Of a DNA stretch of 64,000 bases, positions 7,193 to 17,090 are shown one piece after another (the stretch's first letter is position 1; the number at the start of each line of letters is the position of its first letter). The DNA lies in NCBI GenBank assembly GCA_965247115.1, contig CBDFGR010000002.1, positions 960,001 to 1,024,000 of the forward strand, read 5' to 3'. This DNA is from Myxococcota bacterium (GTDB lineage Bacteria; Myxococcota_A; UBA9160; SZUA-336). The translations under genes were made by a program, and so were the position numbers. The notes beneath the pieces are model-generated. The model had not been told where the DNA came from, made no database searches, and saw nothing but the letters and a program-made list of their open reading frames with translations.

Positions 7193-9856
7193 ATGGCTGA
7201 CCGATCTGCAGATACCGACCCCGAGGAAACCCAGGAGTGGCTGGATGCGCTCGCGTCCACGTTGCGGGACGAAGGCATCGAGCGTGCGCACTATCTGATC
7301 GAGCGGCTGATCGACCAGGCCAGGCGCTCCGGGGCGCACCTGCCGTACACGACCACCACAGCCTATGTGAACACGATCCATCCGAGCGATGAGGAGAAGA
7401 TGCCAGGGGAGCCCGGCCTCGAGCACCGCATCCGCTCCATCATCCGCTGGAATGCCATGGCCATGGTGGTGCAGGCAAACCGGAAGAGCCCCGAGCTCGG
7501 CGGCCACATCGCGAGCTTTGCCTCCGCTGCGACACTCTACGATGTAGGCTACAACCACTTCTTCCGCGCACCGACAGAGGACTTCGGGGGTGACCTCCTC
7601 TACATCCAGGGCCACTCCTCCCCCGGCATCTACGCGCGCGCGTTTGTCGAAGGAAGGCTCTCGGAAGATCAGCTGCAGCGCTTCCGCCAGGAGGTAAACG
7701 GCGGCGGGCTGGCGTCGTACCCGCACCCAAAGCTCATGCCGGACTTCTGGCAGTTCCCGACGGTGTCGATGGGCCTGGGACCGATCATGGCGATCTACCA
7801 GGCGCGCATCATGAAGTACATGCACAATCGCGGGATCGTCGACACGGAGGGTCGCAAGGTCTGGGCCTTCATGGGCGATGGAGAGATGGACGAGCCCGAA
7901 TCTCTCGGCGCGATCGGCCTCGCGGCGCGCGAGAAGCTCGACAACCTGATCTTCGTCGTGAACTGCAATCTGCAGCGACTCGACGGTCCGGTCCGCGGCA
8001 ACGGGAAGATCATCCAGGAGCTGGAAGGGATCTTCCGCGGTTCCGGCTGGAACGTGCTGAAGGTGATCTGGGGCGACCGCTGGGATTCGCTGCTGGCGCG
8101 CGACAAGAAGGGCCTGCTGCTCGAACGCATGGAGCAGGCCGTGGATGGCGATTACCAGAACTACAAGGCTTCCCGAGACGGAGGCTACACTCGCGAGCAC
8201 TTCTTCGGCACGCACCCCCAGCTCCAGGCCATGGTCGCGAACATGACCGACCACGAGATCTCGGAGCTCAACCGTGGCGGAAACGATCCGCAGAAGATCT
8301 ACGCCGCCTATGCGCGCGCGACGAAGACGGTCGGCGAGCCGACCGTGATCCTGGCCAAGACGGTCAAGGGCTACGGCATGGGCGAGGCCGGTGAGGGCCA
8401 GAACACCGCGCACTCGCAGAAGAAGATGGCCGGCGAGTACCTGCGCAGGTTTCGGGATCGCTACCGGATCCCGATCTCCGACGACCTGCTGGAGGAGACC
8501 CCCTTCTACAAGCCCGCCGAAGACAGCCCCGAGATGCGCTACATGCACGAGCGTCGCGAGGCCCTTGGCGGCTACCTGCCCGCTCGCCGCAGAGCCACGC
8601 GCCCGTTGGAGGTTCCCGAACTCGCGGTGTTCGACTCGATGCTCAAGGGCTCCGGGGAGCGCAAAATCTCGACCACGATGGCGTTCGTCCGCCTGCTGAC
8701 GGCGCTGACTCGCGACAAGCAGCTCGGCAAGCTCGTGGTGCCGATCGTTCCCGACGAGGCGCGTACCTTCGGCATGGAGGGACTGTTCCGCTCGCTGGGC
8801 ATCTACTCGAGCGAGGGCCAGCTCTACGAGCCGCAGGACGCCGGTCAGGTGATGTACTACCGCGAGGACAAGGGCGGCCAGATCCTGGAAGAGGGGATCA
8901 GCGAGGCCGGAGCGACCTCGTCATGGATCGCTGCCGGCACCGCGTACAGCAACCACGGAATCAACCTGATTCCGTTCTACATCTTCTACTCGATGTTCGG
9001 ATTCCAGCGCGTCGGCGATCTGATCTGGGCGGCCGGAGACTCTCAGACGCGCGGCTTCTTGCTGGGCGGCACATCGGGGCGCACGACGCTGGCCGGCGAG
9101 GGCCTCCAGCACCAGGATGGCCACAGCCAGCTCCTGGCATCGCACGTCCCCAACTGCATCTCGTATGACCCGACCTTTGCCTACGAGCTCGCTGTCATCC
9201 TCCACGCAGGCCTCGAACGGATGTACGTGAAGCAGGAGGGAGTCTTCTACTACATCACCCTCACGAACGAGAACTACCCGCACCCGCCGCTGCCCGAAGG
9301 TATCGAGGAGGGGATCCTCAAGGGCATCTATGCCTTCGCGGAGGGTTCGAGGACGAGCGGGCCCAGGGTCCAGCTCCTCGGGAGCGGGGCCATCCTGCGC
9401 GAGGTGATCGCCGCTGCCGAGCTGTTGCGTGAGGACTTCGGAGTGGAGAGCGACGTGTGGAGCGTGACGAGCTTCAACGAGCTGCGCCGCGACGGGATGG
9501 AGGTCGAACGCTGGAATATGCTTCATCCCGACGAGACGCCGCGCGCGAGCTACGTGGAGCGCCTGCTCGGCGACCGGCCCGGTCCTGTGATCGCCGCGAC
9601 CGACTACTTGAAGGTCTATGCGGATCAGATCCGCTCGCAGATCGGCCCGCGCTACCACGTGCTTGGCACCGATGGCTTCGGTCGTTCAGACCTGCGCGCC
9701 CGGCTGCGCCATCACTTCGAGGTAAGCCGGCACTTCGTCGTCGTGGCCGCACTCAAGGCCCTGGCGGATGAGGGCGAGATCTCACCTACCGCCGCCCAGA
9801 ACGCAATGGAGAAGTACAAGATCGACCCGAACAAGCCCGCCCCCCCGACAAGCTAG
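7193..9856 (+). CDS. aceE: Pyruvate dehydrogenase E1, homodimeric type
   Basis: DTDPEETQEWL, GDGEMDEPES, VPDEARTFGMEG, GEGLQHQDGHS. Confidence 0.96.
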   Translation: MADRSADTDPEETQEWLDALASTLRDEGIERAHYLIERLIDQARRSGAHLPYTTTTAYVNTIHPSDEEKMPGEPGLEHRIRSIIRWNAMAMVVQANRKSPELGGHIASFASAATLYDVGYNHFFRAPTEDFGGDLLYIQGHSSPGIYARAFVEGRLSEDQLQRFRQEVNGGGLASYPHPKLMPDFWQFPTVSMGLGPIMAIYQARIMKYMHNRGIVDTEGRKVWAFMGDGEMDEPESLGAIGLAAREKLDNLIFVVNCNLQRLDGPVRGNGKIIQELEGIFRGSGWNVLKVIWGDRWDSLLARDKKGLLLERMEQAVDGDYQNYKASRDGGYTREHFFGTHPQLQAMVANMTDHEISELNRGGNDPQKIYAAYARATKTVGEPTVILAKTVKGYGMGEAGEGQNTAHSQKKMAGEYLRRFRDRYRIPISDDLLEETPFYKPAEDSPEMRYMHERREALGGYLPARRRATRPLEVPELAVFDSMLKGSGERKISTTMAFVRLLTALTRDKQLGKLVVPIVPDEARTFGMEGLFRSLGIYSSEGQLYEPQDAGQVMYYREDKGGQILEEGISEAGATSSWIAAGTAYSNHGINLIPFYIFYSMFGFQRVGDLIWAAGDSQTRGFLLGGTSGRTTLAGEGLQHQDGHSQLLASHVPNCISYDPTFAYELAVILHAGLERMYVKQEGVFYYITLTNENYPHPPLPEGIEEGILKGIYAFAEGSRTSGPRVQLLGSGAILREVIAAAELLREDFGVESDVWSVTSFNELRRDGMEVERWNMLHPDETPRASYVERLLGDRPGPVIAATDYLKVYADQIRSQIGPRYHVLGTDGFGRSDLRARLRHHFEVSRHFVVVAALKALADEGEISPTAAQNAMEKYKIDPNKPAPPTS

Positions 9857-9867
9857 AGGACACCGCA

Positions 9868-11148
9868 TTGGCTGACGAGAGAAAGGTCCTGCTCCCCGAC
9901 ATCGGTGACTTCGAGAACGTCGACATCGTAGAGATCCTGGTCTCGCCAGGAGACCACGTGGCCGTCGACGATTCGCTGATCGTGCTCGAGACGGACAAGG
10001 CCACGATGGAGATCCCCGCACCCTTCGCAGGCGTGATCCGCCAGATGAGCGCCCGTGTCGGAGACACGATCAGCGAGGGCGGCCTCGTCTGCGTGATGGA
10101 GGTGGACGAGGACTCGCTGTCCCTGGCCCCACCGCCTGTCGAGGAGACGGAGGAGATCGAAGAGGAGCCCGCCGCGCCGGAACAGCGGGAGGAGCCGGAT
10201 GACATGCTCCCGCCGCTGCCCTCCCCTGCGCGTTCCTCGGCGAGCGCCCACGCGAGTCCCGGGGTACGACGCCTGGCACGCGAGCTGGGCATCGACCTGA
10301 CGCTCGTCCCGTCGAGCGGCCGCAAGGGTCGTGTACTCAAGGAGGACGTGCAGGGCTACGTGAAAGGGATGATGGCGAAGGGGACCTCCGCGGGAGTGCC
10401 GATCTCCGGCGTCCACGTTGGGAAGGCTCCCGAGATCGACTTCGCAAAGTTCGGTCCGACCGAAATCGAGCCGCTGAACAAAATTCGCAAGCTCTCGGGT
10501 GCCAACCTGCACCGGAGCTGGGTCTCCGTCCCGCACGTCACCCAGTTTGACGAGGCGGATATCACAGAGCTCGAAGGCTTCCGACAGGCCCAGAAAATCG
10601 AGGCGGAACGGCAGGGGGTCAAGCTCACGTTCCTGCCCTTTGTGATGAAGGCGATCGTCGCGGGGCTCACGGAGTTTCCGCACTTCAACTCCTCGCTAGA
10701 CAAGACCGGCGAGAACCTGATCGTCAAGAATTACTTCCACCTCGGGGTTGCGGTGGACACACCGATGGGGCTCGTGGTACCGGCGGTTCGGGACGTGGAC
10801 CAGAAGGGCATCCTGGAGCTGGCCGGCGAGCTGATGGAGCTCAGCACCAAGGCTCGGGAACGCAAGCTGCACCCCACCGACCTGCAGGGCGGGACCTTCA
10901 CGATTTCCAGCCTCGGCGGTATCGGAGGCACGTTCTTCACGCCGATCGTGAACCATCCGGAAGTGGCCGTGCTGGGCGTCGGGCGTATGGAGTGGCGACC
11001 GGTGTACCACGGCACCGAGCTCGCACGCCGCCTGATCCTGCCGCTCTCACTGTCCTACGACCACCGCGTGATCGACGGAGCGGATGCCGTGCGCTTCACG
11101 GGCCGGCTCGTGCACTACCTGTCCGACCTACGTCGCACTCTGCTGTAG
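9868..11148 (+). CDS. aceF: Dihydrolipoamide acetyltransferase E2 with one lipoyl domain
   Basis: ETDKATME lipoyl motif, HASPGVRRLAREL, DHRVIDG. Confidence 0.95.
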   Translation: MADERKVLLPDIGDFENVDIVEILVSPGDHVAVDDSLIVLETDKATMEIPAPFAGVIRQMSARVGDTISEGGLVCVMEVDEDSLSLAPPPVEETEEIEEEPAAPEQREEPDDMLPPLPSPARSSASAHASPGVRRLARELGIDLTLVPSSGRKGRVLKEDVQGYVKGMMAKGTSAGVPISGVHVGKAPEIDFAKFGPTEIEPLNKIRKLSGANLHRSWVSVPHVTQFDEADITELEGFRQAQKIEAERQGVKLTFLPFVMKAIVAGLTEFPHFNSSLDKTGENLIVKNYFHLGVAVDTPMGLVVPAVRDVDQKGILELAGELMELSTKARERKLHPTDLQGGTFTISSLGGIGGTFFTPIVNHPEVAVLGVGRMEWRPVYHGTELARRLILPLSLSYDHRVIDGADAVRFTGRLVHYLSDLRRTLL

Positions 11149-11150
11149 GC

Positions 11151-12623
11151 ATGGCCGTCTCGCACGAGGACCGGCCGCCGCCACCGCCGCCACCCCCGTC
11201 GCCGTTTGACCGCGGAGACGTCCACGCAGACGTGGCCGTGCTCGGCTCGGGCCCCGGCGGCTACTCGGCGGCCTTCCGGGCCGCGGATCTGGGGAAGAGC
11301 GTGGTTCTCGTCGAGCGCTACCCGACGCTCGGAGGCGTCTGCCTCAACGTCGGCTGCATTCCCTCGAAGGCGCTGCTGCACATGGCCGAGATCATCACCG
11401 AGGCGAGCGAGCTGTCGACCCACGGTATTGCGTTCGGAGAGCTACAGCTCGATCTGGAAAAGATCCGCGCGCGGAAGAACGAGTCTGTCGAGGCGCTGAC
11501 CCGCGGCCTGCGCCACCTCGCCAGGCAGCGCAAGGTCCAGGTCATCAAAGGGACCGGGAGCTTTGTCGACCCGCACCTGCTCGAGATCGATTCACCGGAC
11601 GGTGTCACCTCGGTCTCCTTCGACAGCGCGATCATCGCCGCGGGCTCGCGGCCGGTGGAGCTGCCGTTCCTCTCGCACGAAGATCCTCGCGTCATGGACT
11701 CCACGGCCGCGCTCGAGCTCCCGGAGATCCCTGGCAGGATGCTCGTGATCGGCGGCGGGATCATCGGCCTGGAGATGGCGACCGTCTACGAGGCCTTCGG
11801 CTCCGAGGTAACCGTCGTCGAGCTGCTCGACCGGCTGATTGCCGGCGCGGATCCAGATCTGGTTCGCCCGCTATCCCAGCGCATCCGCCGCCGTTATGCA
11901 GACATCTACCTCTCGACCAAGGTCACGGCCATCGAGCCCCAGACGGACGGCATCCGCGTCGGCTTCGACGGTGAGGGCGTGCCCGAGAGCGACGTCTTCG
12001 ACCGCGTCCTGGTCGCTGTCGGGCGGCGACCGAACGGCGACACGATCGGCGCCGAGCGCGCGGGAGTGAGCGTGGACGAGCGGGGCTTCATTCGCGTGGA
12101 CAAGCAGCAGCGCACGAACGTCGGCCACATCTACGCGATCGGCGACATCGTCGGCGAGCCCATGCTGGCGCACAAGGCCAGCCACGAAGGGCGCACGGCC
12201 GCAGAGGTCATCGCCGGGCTGCCCTCAGCCTTCGATCCGACGACGATCGCCTCCGTGGCCTATACGGATCCGGAGATCGCCTGGATGGGGATGACGGAGA
12301 CGGAGGCCATGGCGCAAGGCCTCGCCATCGAGATGGCCAGCTTCCCCTGGGCGGCCAGCGGCCGCGCCTCGAGCCTTGGCCGCAGCGACGGCCTCACCAA
12401 GCTCATCTTCTCCACCGACACACGCCGCCTCATCGGCGCCGGCATTGTCGGCAAGAACGCCGGCGAGCTGATCGCGGAGACCGTGCTGGCCGTCGAGCTC
12501 GGCGCGGACGCCGAGGACATCGCCCTCACCATCCACCCCCACCCCACCCTCACCGAAACCGTAGGCTTCGCCGCAGAAATGGTCGAAGGCACCATCACCG
12601 ACCTCTACGCCCCCAAAACCTGA
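11151..12623 (+). CDS. lpdA: Dihydrolipoamide dehydrogenase E3
   Basis: GSGPGGY, GGVCLNVGCIPSKAL, HPHPTLTE. Confidence 0.95.
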   Translation: MAVSHEDRPPPPPPPPSPFDRGDVHADVAVLGSGPGGYSAAFRAADLGKSVVLVERYPTLGGVCLNVGCIPSKALLHMAEIITEASELSTHGIAFGELQLDLEKIRARKNESVEALTRGLRHLARQRKVQVIKGTGSFVDPHLLEIDSPDGVTSVSFDSAIIAAGSRPVELPFLSHEDPRVMDSTAALELPEIPGRMLVIGGGIIGLEMATVYEAFGSEVTVVELLDRLIAGADPDLVRPLSQRIRRRYADIYLSTKVTAIEPQTDGIRVGFDGEGVPESDVFDRVLVAVGRRPNGDTIGAERAGVSVDERGFIRVDKQQRTNVGHIYAIGDIVGEPMLAHKASHEGRTAAEVIAGLPSAFDPTTIASVAYTDPEIAWMGMTETEAMAQGLAIEMASFPWAASGRASSLGRSDGLTKLIFSTDTRRLIGAGIVGKNAGELIAETVLAVELGADAEDIALTIHPHPTLTETVGFAAEMVEGTITDLYAPKT

Positions 12624-12627
12624 ACTC

Positions 12628-12755
12628 GGGACGGTCATAACTTGGGTCATAACTTGGGGACGGTCCTTAATTATTACTTCTCGCCGTGCGCCCGCAGCTA
12701 TCGCCGCCCCCTGAGAAGTTATAATCAAGGACCGTCCCCAAGTTATGACCGTCCC
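12628..12755. repeat. Inverted-repeat element, GGGGACGGTC family (REPIN/MITE-like)
   Basis: 43-bp arms with 2 mismatches (12628-12682 including a 12-bp duplication; 12713-12755) and a 30-bp loop, between convergent genes. Confidence 0.85.
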
Positions 12756-12760
12756 CAGGA

Positions 12761-13612
12761 TTAGGGCTTGCGGAACTTTAGGGTCATGCGGTCGCTCTCG
12801 CCGATGGCGGCGTACAGCTCGCGGTCGACGTCTTCGAGGAGGTAGGTCGGTGGGAGCGTCCAGACGCCCTTACCGTAGTCCTTCCGGTCCTTTGGGTTCG
12901 CGTTGATCTCGGACGCAGCCACGAGCTCGAAGCCTGCGGCCTCCGCGAGCGCGATCGTGTAGTCCTGCCGGACGTAGCCATTCTCCGCCTTCGGGTCCTG
13001 CTCGATCGTGGCGTCGGCCCGGTGCTCGACGACGCCGAGGGTGCCGCCTGGCTTCAGCGCGTCGAACATTGCCTGGAAGACGCTCGTCTCGAACCCGCCC
13101 GACATCCAGTTGTGGACGTTGCGGAAGGTCAGCACCAGGTCGGCGGAGCCAGTGGGGGCGATCTCCTTGCCCTCCCCCAGTGCGGTCACGACGGCCCGGT
13201 CGTAGAGCCCTGGCTCGGAGGCGAGCTTCTCCGCGAAGCGAGCGACCGAACGCTGGGCGAACTCGGAGTCGGACTCGGGATCCGCACCGGCAGCGTAGTA
13301 GAGCCCCTCTTCGCGCAGGTACGGGGCCAGGATCTCCGTGTACCAGCCGCCGCCCGGCCAGATCTCTACGACGGTCAGGTCTGGCTCCAGTCCGAAGAAG
13401 CTGAGCGTCTCGACGGGGCGGCGGTACCCGTCTCGGGCACTGTATTTGGCCGAGCGGTGCTCGCCCGCAACGGCTGCCGCGAGCGCACTGGCGCCCATCG
13501 GAGCCGCCGCCACGTCGCTGACAGCATCGCCCTGTGTGGTGCGCTGCTCACCGCACCCCAGGGTCAAGGCAAACAGACCTACGAGCAGGCTCCGGTATGC
13601 GATCTGATTCAT
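12761..13612 (-). CDS. Class I SAM-dependent methyltransferase-like protein with lipoprotein signal
   Basis: VVEIWPGGGWYTEIL, DLVLTFRNVHNW, LKPGG; N-terminal LFALTLGC lipobox-like sequence. Confidence 0.8.
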   Translation of the reverse strand: MNQIAYRSLLVGLFALTLGCGEQRTTQGDAVSDVAAAPMGASALAAAVAGEHRSAKYSARDGYRRPVETLSFFGLEPDLTVVEIWPGGGWYTEILAPYLREEGLYYAAGADPESDSEFAQRSVARFAEKLASEPGLYDRAVVTALGEGKEIAPTGSADLVLTFRNVHNWMSGGFETSVFQAMFDALKPGGTLGVVEHRADATIEQDPKAENGYVRQDYTIALAEAAGFELVAASEINANPKDRKDYGKGVWTLPPTYLLEDVDRELYAAIGESDRMTLKFRKP

Positions 13613-13663
13613 TTTCGACCTCCGCAGCTATGCCTACACCAGACCAGAGTAGGCGCACAAGGC

Positions 13664-16147
13664 TTAATCCGTCAGGCGCTCGCTCAACGCTGCGAGAAGG
13701 CCTTCCACGTCGGTGCTCTCGTCCAGGAGCGGGAGCATGGGATCGCCGCGCTCGCGCAGCGACCTGGGGCCCGTCGCCATGTTCCAGCGCGTGGGGTCGA
13801 GGCGCGCGCTCACCTGCGACCAGCTGAGCGGCATGGACACCGGAGCGTGCACGCGCGGACGCACGGAGAATGGCGCCGCGATGAGCTTGCCCCGGCCGTT
13901 CTGCAGAAAATCCACGTATACCTTGTCTCCCCGCGCCGCCAGCGGCCGAGCGATCGTCGCAATGTCGGGCAGGTCGGTGCAGACAACCCGGGCGAGTACC
14001 TCGCCGAGCACCTTCGCATCGGAGTGGTGGAGCTGAGCGGCGAGCGGAACCATGACGTGCAGCCCGTCCTGGCCCGAGGTCTTCGCGAAGTGCGGCGTTT
14101 CGAGCCCCTCGAGCAGCCTGTGGATGTGTCGGGCCACCCGCACCACGTCCGAGAAAGGAGCCTGCTTGGGATCCAGGTCCAGGATCAGCCAGTCCGGCTT
14201 GTCGAGCTCGCCTCGCCGCGCGCTCCAGACGTGAAGCGGGATCGCACCCGAATTGATCACGTAGAGCAGCGTGCGTAGCTCGTTGCAGATGAAGTAATCG
14301 GTTCCCTCGATCTCATCGCGCTCAACCCAGTCCGGCGTGAACTCCGGTGCGTTCTTCTGATAGAAGCTCTTGCCCTCGATCCCGTCCGGATAGCGGGTCA
14401 GGACAACGGGCCGGTCCTTCAGATAGGGGGCGAGCCAGGGCCAGACCGCCTCGTAGTAGGCGAGCAGGTCGCCCTTCGTGTACCCCTCGAGCGGCCAGAA
14501 CACCTTGTCGAGCCGGGTGAGTTCGAGCTGGGGCCGCTGCGGCTCTGGCTCGGCGGCGACCTCAGCCGCGGCGCGCTCCGGCGGTGCCTCGCAGTCTTCA
14601 GGCTCCCAGTCGTCTCGGAGCTCGAGAAAGACGGGATGACGAAGCATTCCGGCGCTCGTCACCTCGGTGTAGCGCACCTCGCACACGAGCTGGGGGCGAG
14701 CGTAGACGGCGCCGCGCGGGCGAGGGTCCGGAAGCCCCGAGAAGGCGGGCTCCGGCAGCGTTTCCAGCGCAGCCAGCAGCTCCTCGATCGTCTGATCGTC
14801 GAGGCCCGAGCCGGCGTTTCCCGCGTAGATGAGCTCGCCATCTCTCTGCCAGGCGAGCATCAGCGACCCGAGCGCGCGACGCGCCCCCTTCCCTGGCAGG
14901 TAGCCCACGATCGCGAGGCTCGAACTGCGCGGCACCTTGATCTTGAGCCACTTCTTCGAACGCCGCCCGGTCTCGTAGCGCGAATCGGCGCGTTTGCCGA
15001 TGACGCCCTCCAGTCCGTGCTGGCGTGCCGCCTCGTAGAGCGCCTCGCCATCGCCCTCAACGTGATCCGCGAAGCGCACGAAGCCGAGCCGGGGCACGAA
15101 GCGCGCCAGGACGTTCTTGCGATCCACGAGCGCGGCACCCCGCAGGTCGCGGCCCACGGCGCCGAGCAGATCGAAGGCGTAGAACACGACCGGCGCCTCG
15201 ACCTGGAGCCGGCGAATCACCTGCGGGTCACGCTGGGTGAAGCGCCTCTGCAGGTGCTCGAAGGAGCTGCGACCAGTCTCGTCCAGCGAGACGACCTCCC
15301 CGTCAATCACGAACTCGTCCAGCGGCAGGTGGGCGATCGCGCGGGCCAGCTCCGGGTAGGTCCCGGTCGCGTCCCGGCCCGAGCGCGAGCAGAGCATGAC
15401 GCTGCCATCACGCTTACTGGCGAGCACCCGTGCTCCGTCGTATTTCAGCTCGAACAGCCAGCCCTGGCGCGAGAAGGGCTGGTTCTCGCTGTCCGCGAGC
15501 ATCGGGTGCAGCTTGCGCACGTCGAGCTCGCGCCGCGCTGCGCCGAGGCGCTCGAGCTCGCGCTCGACCGGCTCCGCGCGGCTGGCCCCTGCTGCCAGCT
15601 CCTCCACCGTCAGGCCCGAGAGCACCGAGGGCTCTGCTAGCTCCGGATCCTCCAGCGGCTCGCCCTTGCGGAGCAGGAGCCAGCTCTTGCCCTCGTCTCC
15701 CTTCGTGCGCACCAGGGCGAAGCGCCCCTGGAGCTTGTGTCCCGAAAGCCGGAGGTCGAGCTTGCCACTCTCGAGGCCCTCGCGCGGGGACACCCCGTCC
15801 ACCGTGCAGTAGGCGCCGCGGTCCCAGACGGTCATCGCACCGGCGCCGTAGTTCCCCTGCGGAATCACTCCCTCGAAATCGGCGTACTCCAGCGGGTGAT
15901 CCTCGGTCCGGACGGCAAGCCGCCGGTCCCTGGGGTCGAGGCTCGGCCCCTTGGGGACCGACCAGCTCGCAAGCACTCCATCAATCTCGAGCCGCAGGTC
16001 CCAGTGCATCCGTGTCGCCGCGTGCTGCTGGACCACGAAGCCCCGCTCCGCGCCCGCAGGCAGCGCGCGCTCCGGACCCTCCTCTCCAAACGGCTCTGGC
16101 GTCCGCTCCGGCTTGCGTTTCGCTCTATAGGTCTTCAGATCTGGCAC
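13664..16147 (-). CDS. ligD: NHEJ DNA ligase D (phosphoesterase-ligase-polymerase order)
   Basis: QQHAATRMHWDLRLE (PE), ELKYDG and EGVIGK (ligase), TRYPDG, DLDP, KTSG..GLH (polymerase); GTG start inferred. Confidence 0.93.
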   Translation of the reverse strand: MPDLKTYRAKRKPERTPEPFGEEGPERALPAGAERGFVVQQHAATRMHWDLRLEIDGVLASWSVPKGPSLDPRDRRLAVRTEDHPLEYADFEGVIPQGNYGAGAMTVWDRGAYCTVDGVSPREGLESGKLDLRLSGHKLQGRFALVRTKGDEGKSWLLLRKGEPLEDPELAEPSVLSGLTVEELAAGASRAEPVERELERLGAARRELDVRKLHPMLADSENQPFSRQGWLFELKYDGARVLASKRDGSVMLCSRSGRDATGTYPELARAIAHLPLDEFVIDGEVVSLDETGRSSFEHLQRRFTQRDPQVIRRLQVEAPVVFYAFDLLGAVGRDLRGAALVDRKNVLARFVPRLGFVRFADHVEGDGEALYEAARQHGLEGVIGKRADSRYETGRRSKKWLKIKVPRSSSLAIVGYLPGKGARRALGSLMLAWQRDGELIYAGNAGSGLDDQTIEELLAALETLPEPAFSGLPDPRPRGAVYARPQLVCEVRYTEVTSAGMLRHPVFLELRDDWEPEDCEAPPERAAAEVAAEPEPQRPQLELTRLDKVFWPLEGYTKGDLLAYYEAVWPWLAPYLKDRPVVLTRYPDGIEGKSFYQKNAPEFTPDWVERDEIEGTDYFICNELRTLLYVINSGAIPLHVWSARRGELDKPDWLILDLDPKQAPFSDVVRVARHIHRLLEGLETPHFAKTSGQDGLHVMVPLAAQLHHSDAKVLGEVLARVVCTDLPDIATIARPLAARGDKVYVDFLQNGRGKLIAAPFSVRPRVHAPVSMPLSWSQVSARLDPTRWNMATGPRSLRERGDPMLPLLDESTDVEGLLAALSERLTD

Positions 16148-16199
16148 GGGGAACCTGGGCGATGTTAGAATTTTCGCTGTTCTTGCGTGGAGGAAGAGT

Positions 16200-17060
16200 A
16201 TGCCAGCACGCGCGATCTCGTCCGGGACAATCAGTTTTGGCCTCGTCTCGATCCCGATCAAGGTCTACTCGGCGAGCCAGTCGAAGAGTGTCCGCTTCAG
16301 CATGCTCCACGAGCCCGACAAAGCGCGGCTGAAGCAGCAGTACATCTGCAACGCCTGTAACGAGAAGGTCGACCGCAGCGACACGGTTCGGGGCTACGAG
16401 TACGCCCGCGGGCAATACGTCGTGATGACAGACGACGAGCTCACAGGGCTGCAGCAGCAGAGCGACCAGGCCATCGAGATCGAGGAGTTCATCCCGATCG
16501 AGAAGGTCGACCCGGTCTACTTCGAGAAGACGAACCTCCTGGGCCCGGACAAGGGCGGCAACAAAGCGTACCGGCTGCTGAGCGTGGCGATGCGGGAGTC
16601 TGGCAAGGTGGCCCTTGGTCGCTTCAGCACCCGGGGCAAGCTGCAGCTCGTCTTGCTCCGGCCGACCCAGCGCGGCCTGGCCATGCACGGTCTCTTCTAC
16701 GCGGACGAGGTGCGCAGCTTCGACGATATCGAACTCGGCGACGACGTGGAGCTCAAGGAGCACGAGATCCAGCTGGCGAACCAGCTGGTGGAGCAGCTGT
16801 CCAAAGAGACCTTCGATCCGGAGAAGTACGAGGACGACTACCGGCGCTCCGTGCTCGAGGCAGTCGAGCGCAAGGTCGCGGGTGAGGAGATCGTCATCAT
16901 GCCGAAAGAGGAGTCGCGCGAGCAGATCATCGACCTGGTCGCCGCACTCAAGAAGAGCATTGCAGACAAGAAGGCGGATGGTGCCACGCCCGCCGCGCGC
17001 AAGGGCGCGAGGGCAAAGGGCAGGAGCACGGCGTCCGCAAAAAAATCGGCCGTTAACTAG
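16200..17060 (+). CDS. ku: NHEJ Ku protein
   Basis: GTISFGLVSIPIKVY, RGYEY, IIDLVAALKKS, basic C-terminal tail. Confidence 0.95.
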   Translation: MPARAISSGTISFGLVSIPIKVYSASQSKSVRFSMLHEPDKARLKQQYICNACNEKVDRSDTVRGYEYARGQYVVMTDDELTGLQQQSDQAIEIEEFIPIEKVDPVYFEKTNLLGPDKGGNKAYRLLSVAMRESGKVALGRFSTRGKLQLVLLRPTQRGLAMHGLFYADEVRSFDDIELGDDVELKEHEIQLANQLVEQLSKETFDPEKYEDDYRRSVLEAVERKVAGEEIVIMPKEESREQIIDLVAALKKSIADKKADGATPAARKGARAKGRSTASAKKSAVN

Positions 17061-17090
17061 GCCGCTGCGCGCCTGGGGGGTACGCGCGCC

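Noticed and set aside
6911..8548. 831-aa extension of the hydroxyacyl-CoA dehydrogenase ORF
   Set aside because: The extension is the antisense shadow of aceE; homology starts at 6910
1815..12623. Fused E1 as part of the aceEF-lpdA operon
   Set aside because: Separated by the accessory patch and an opposite-strand gene; sharing of E2/E3 cannot be shown from sequence
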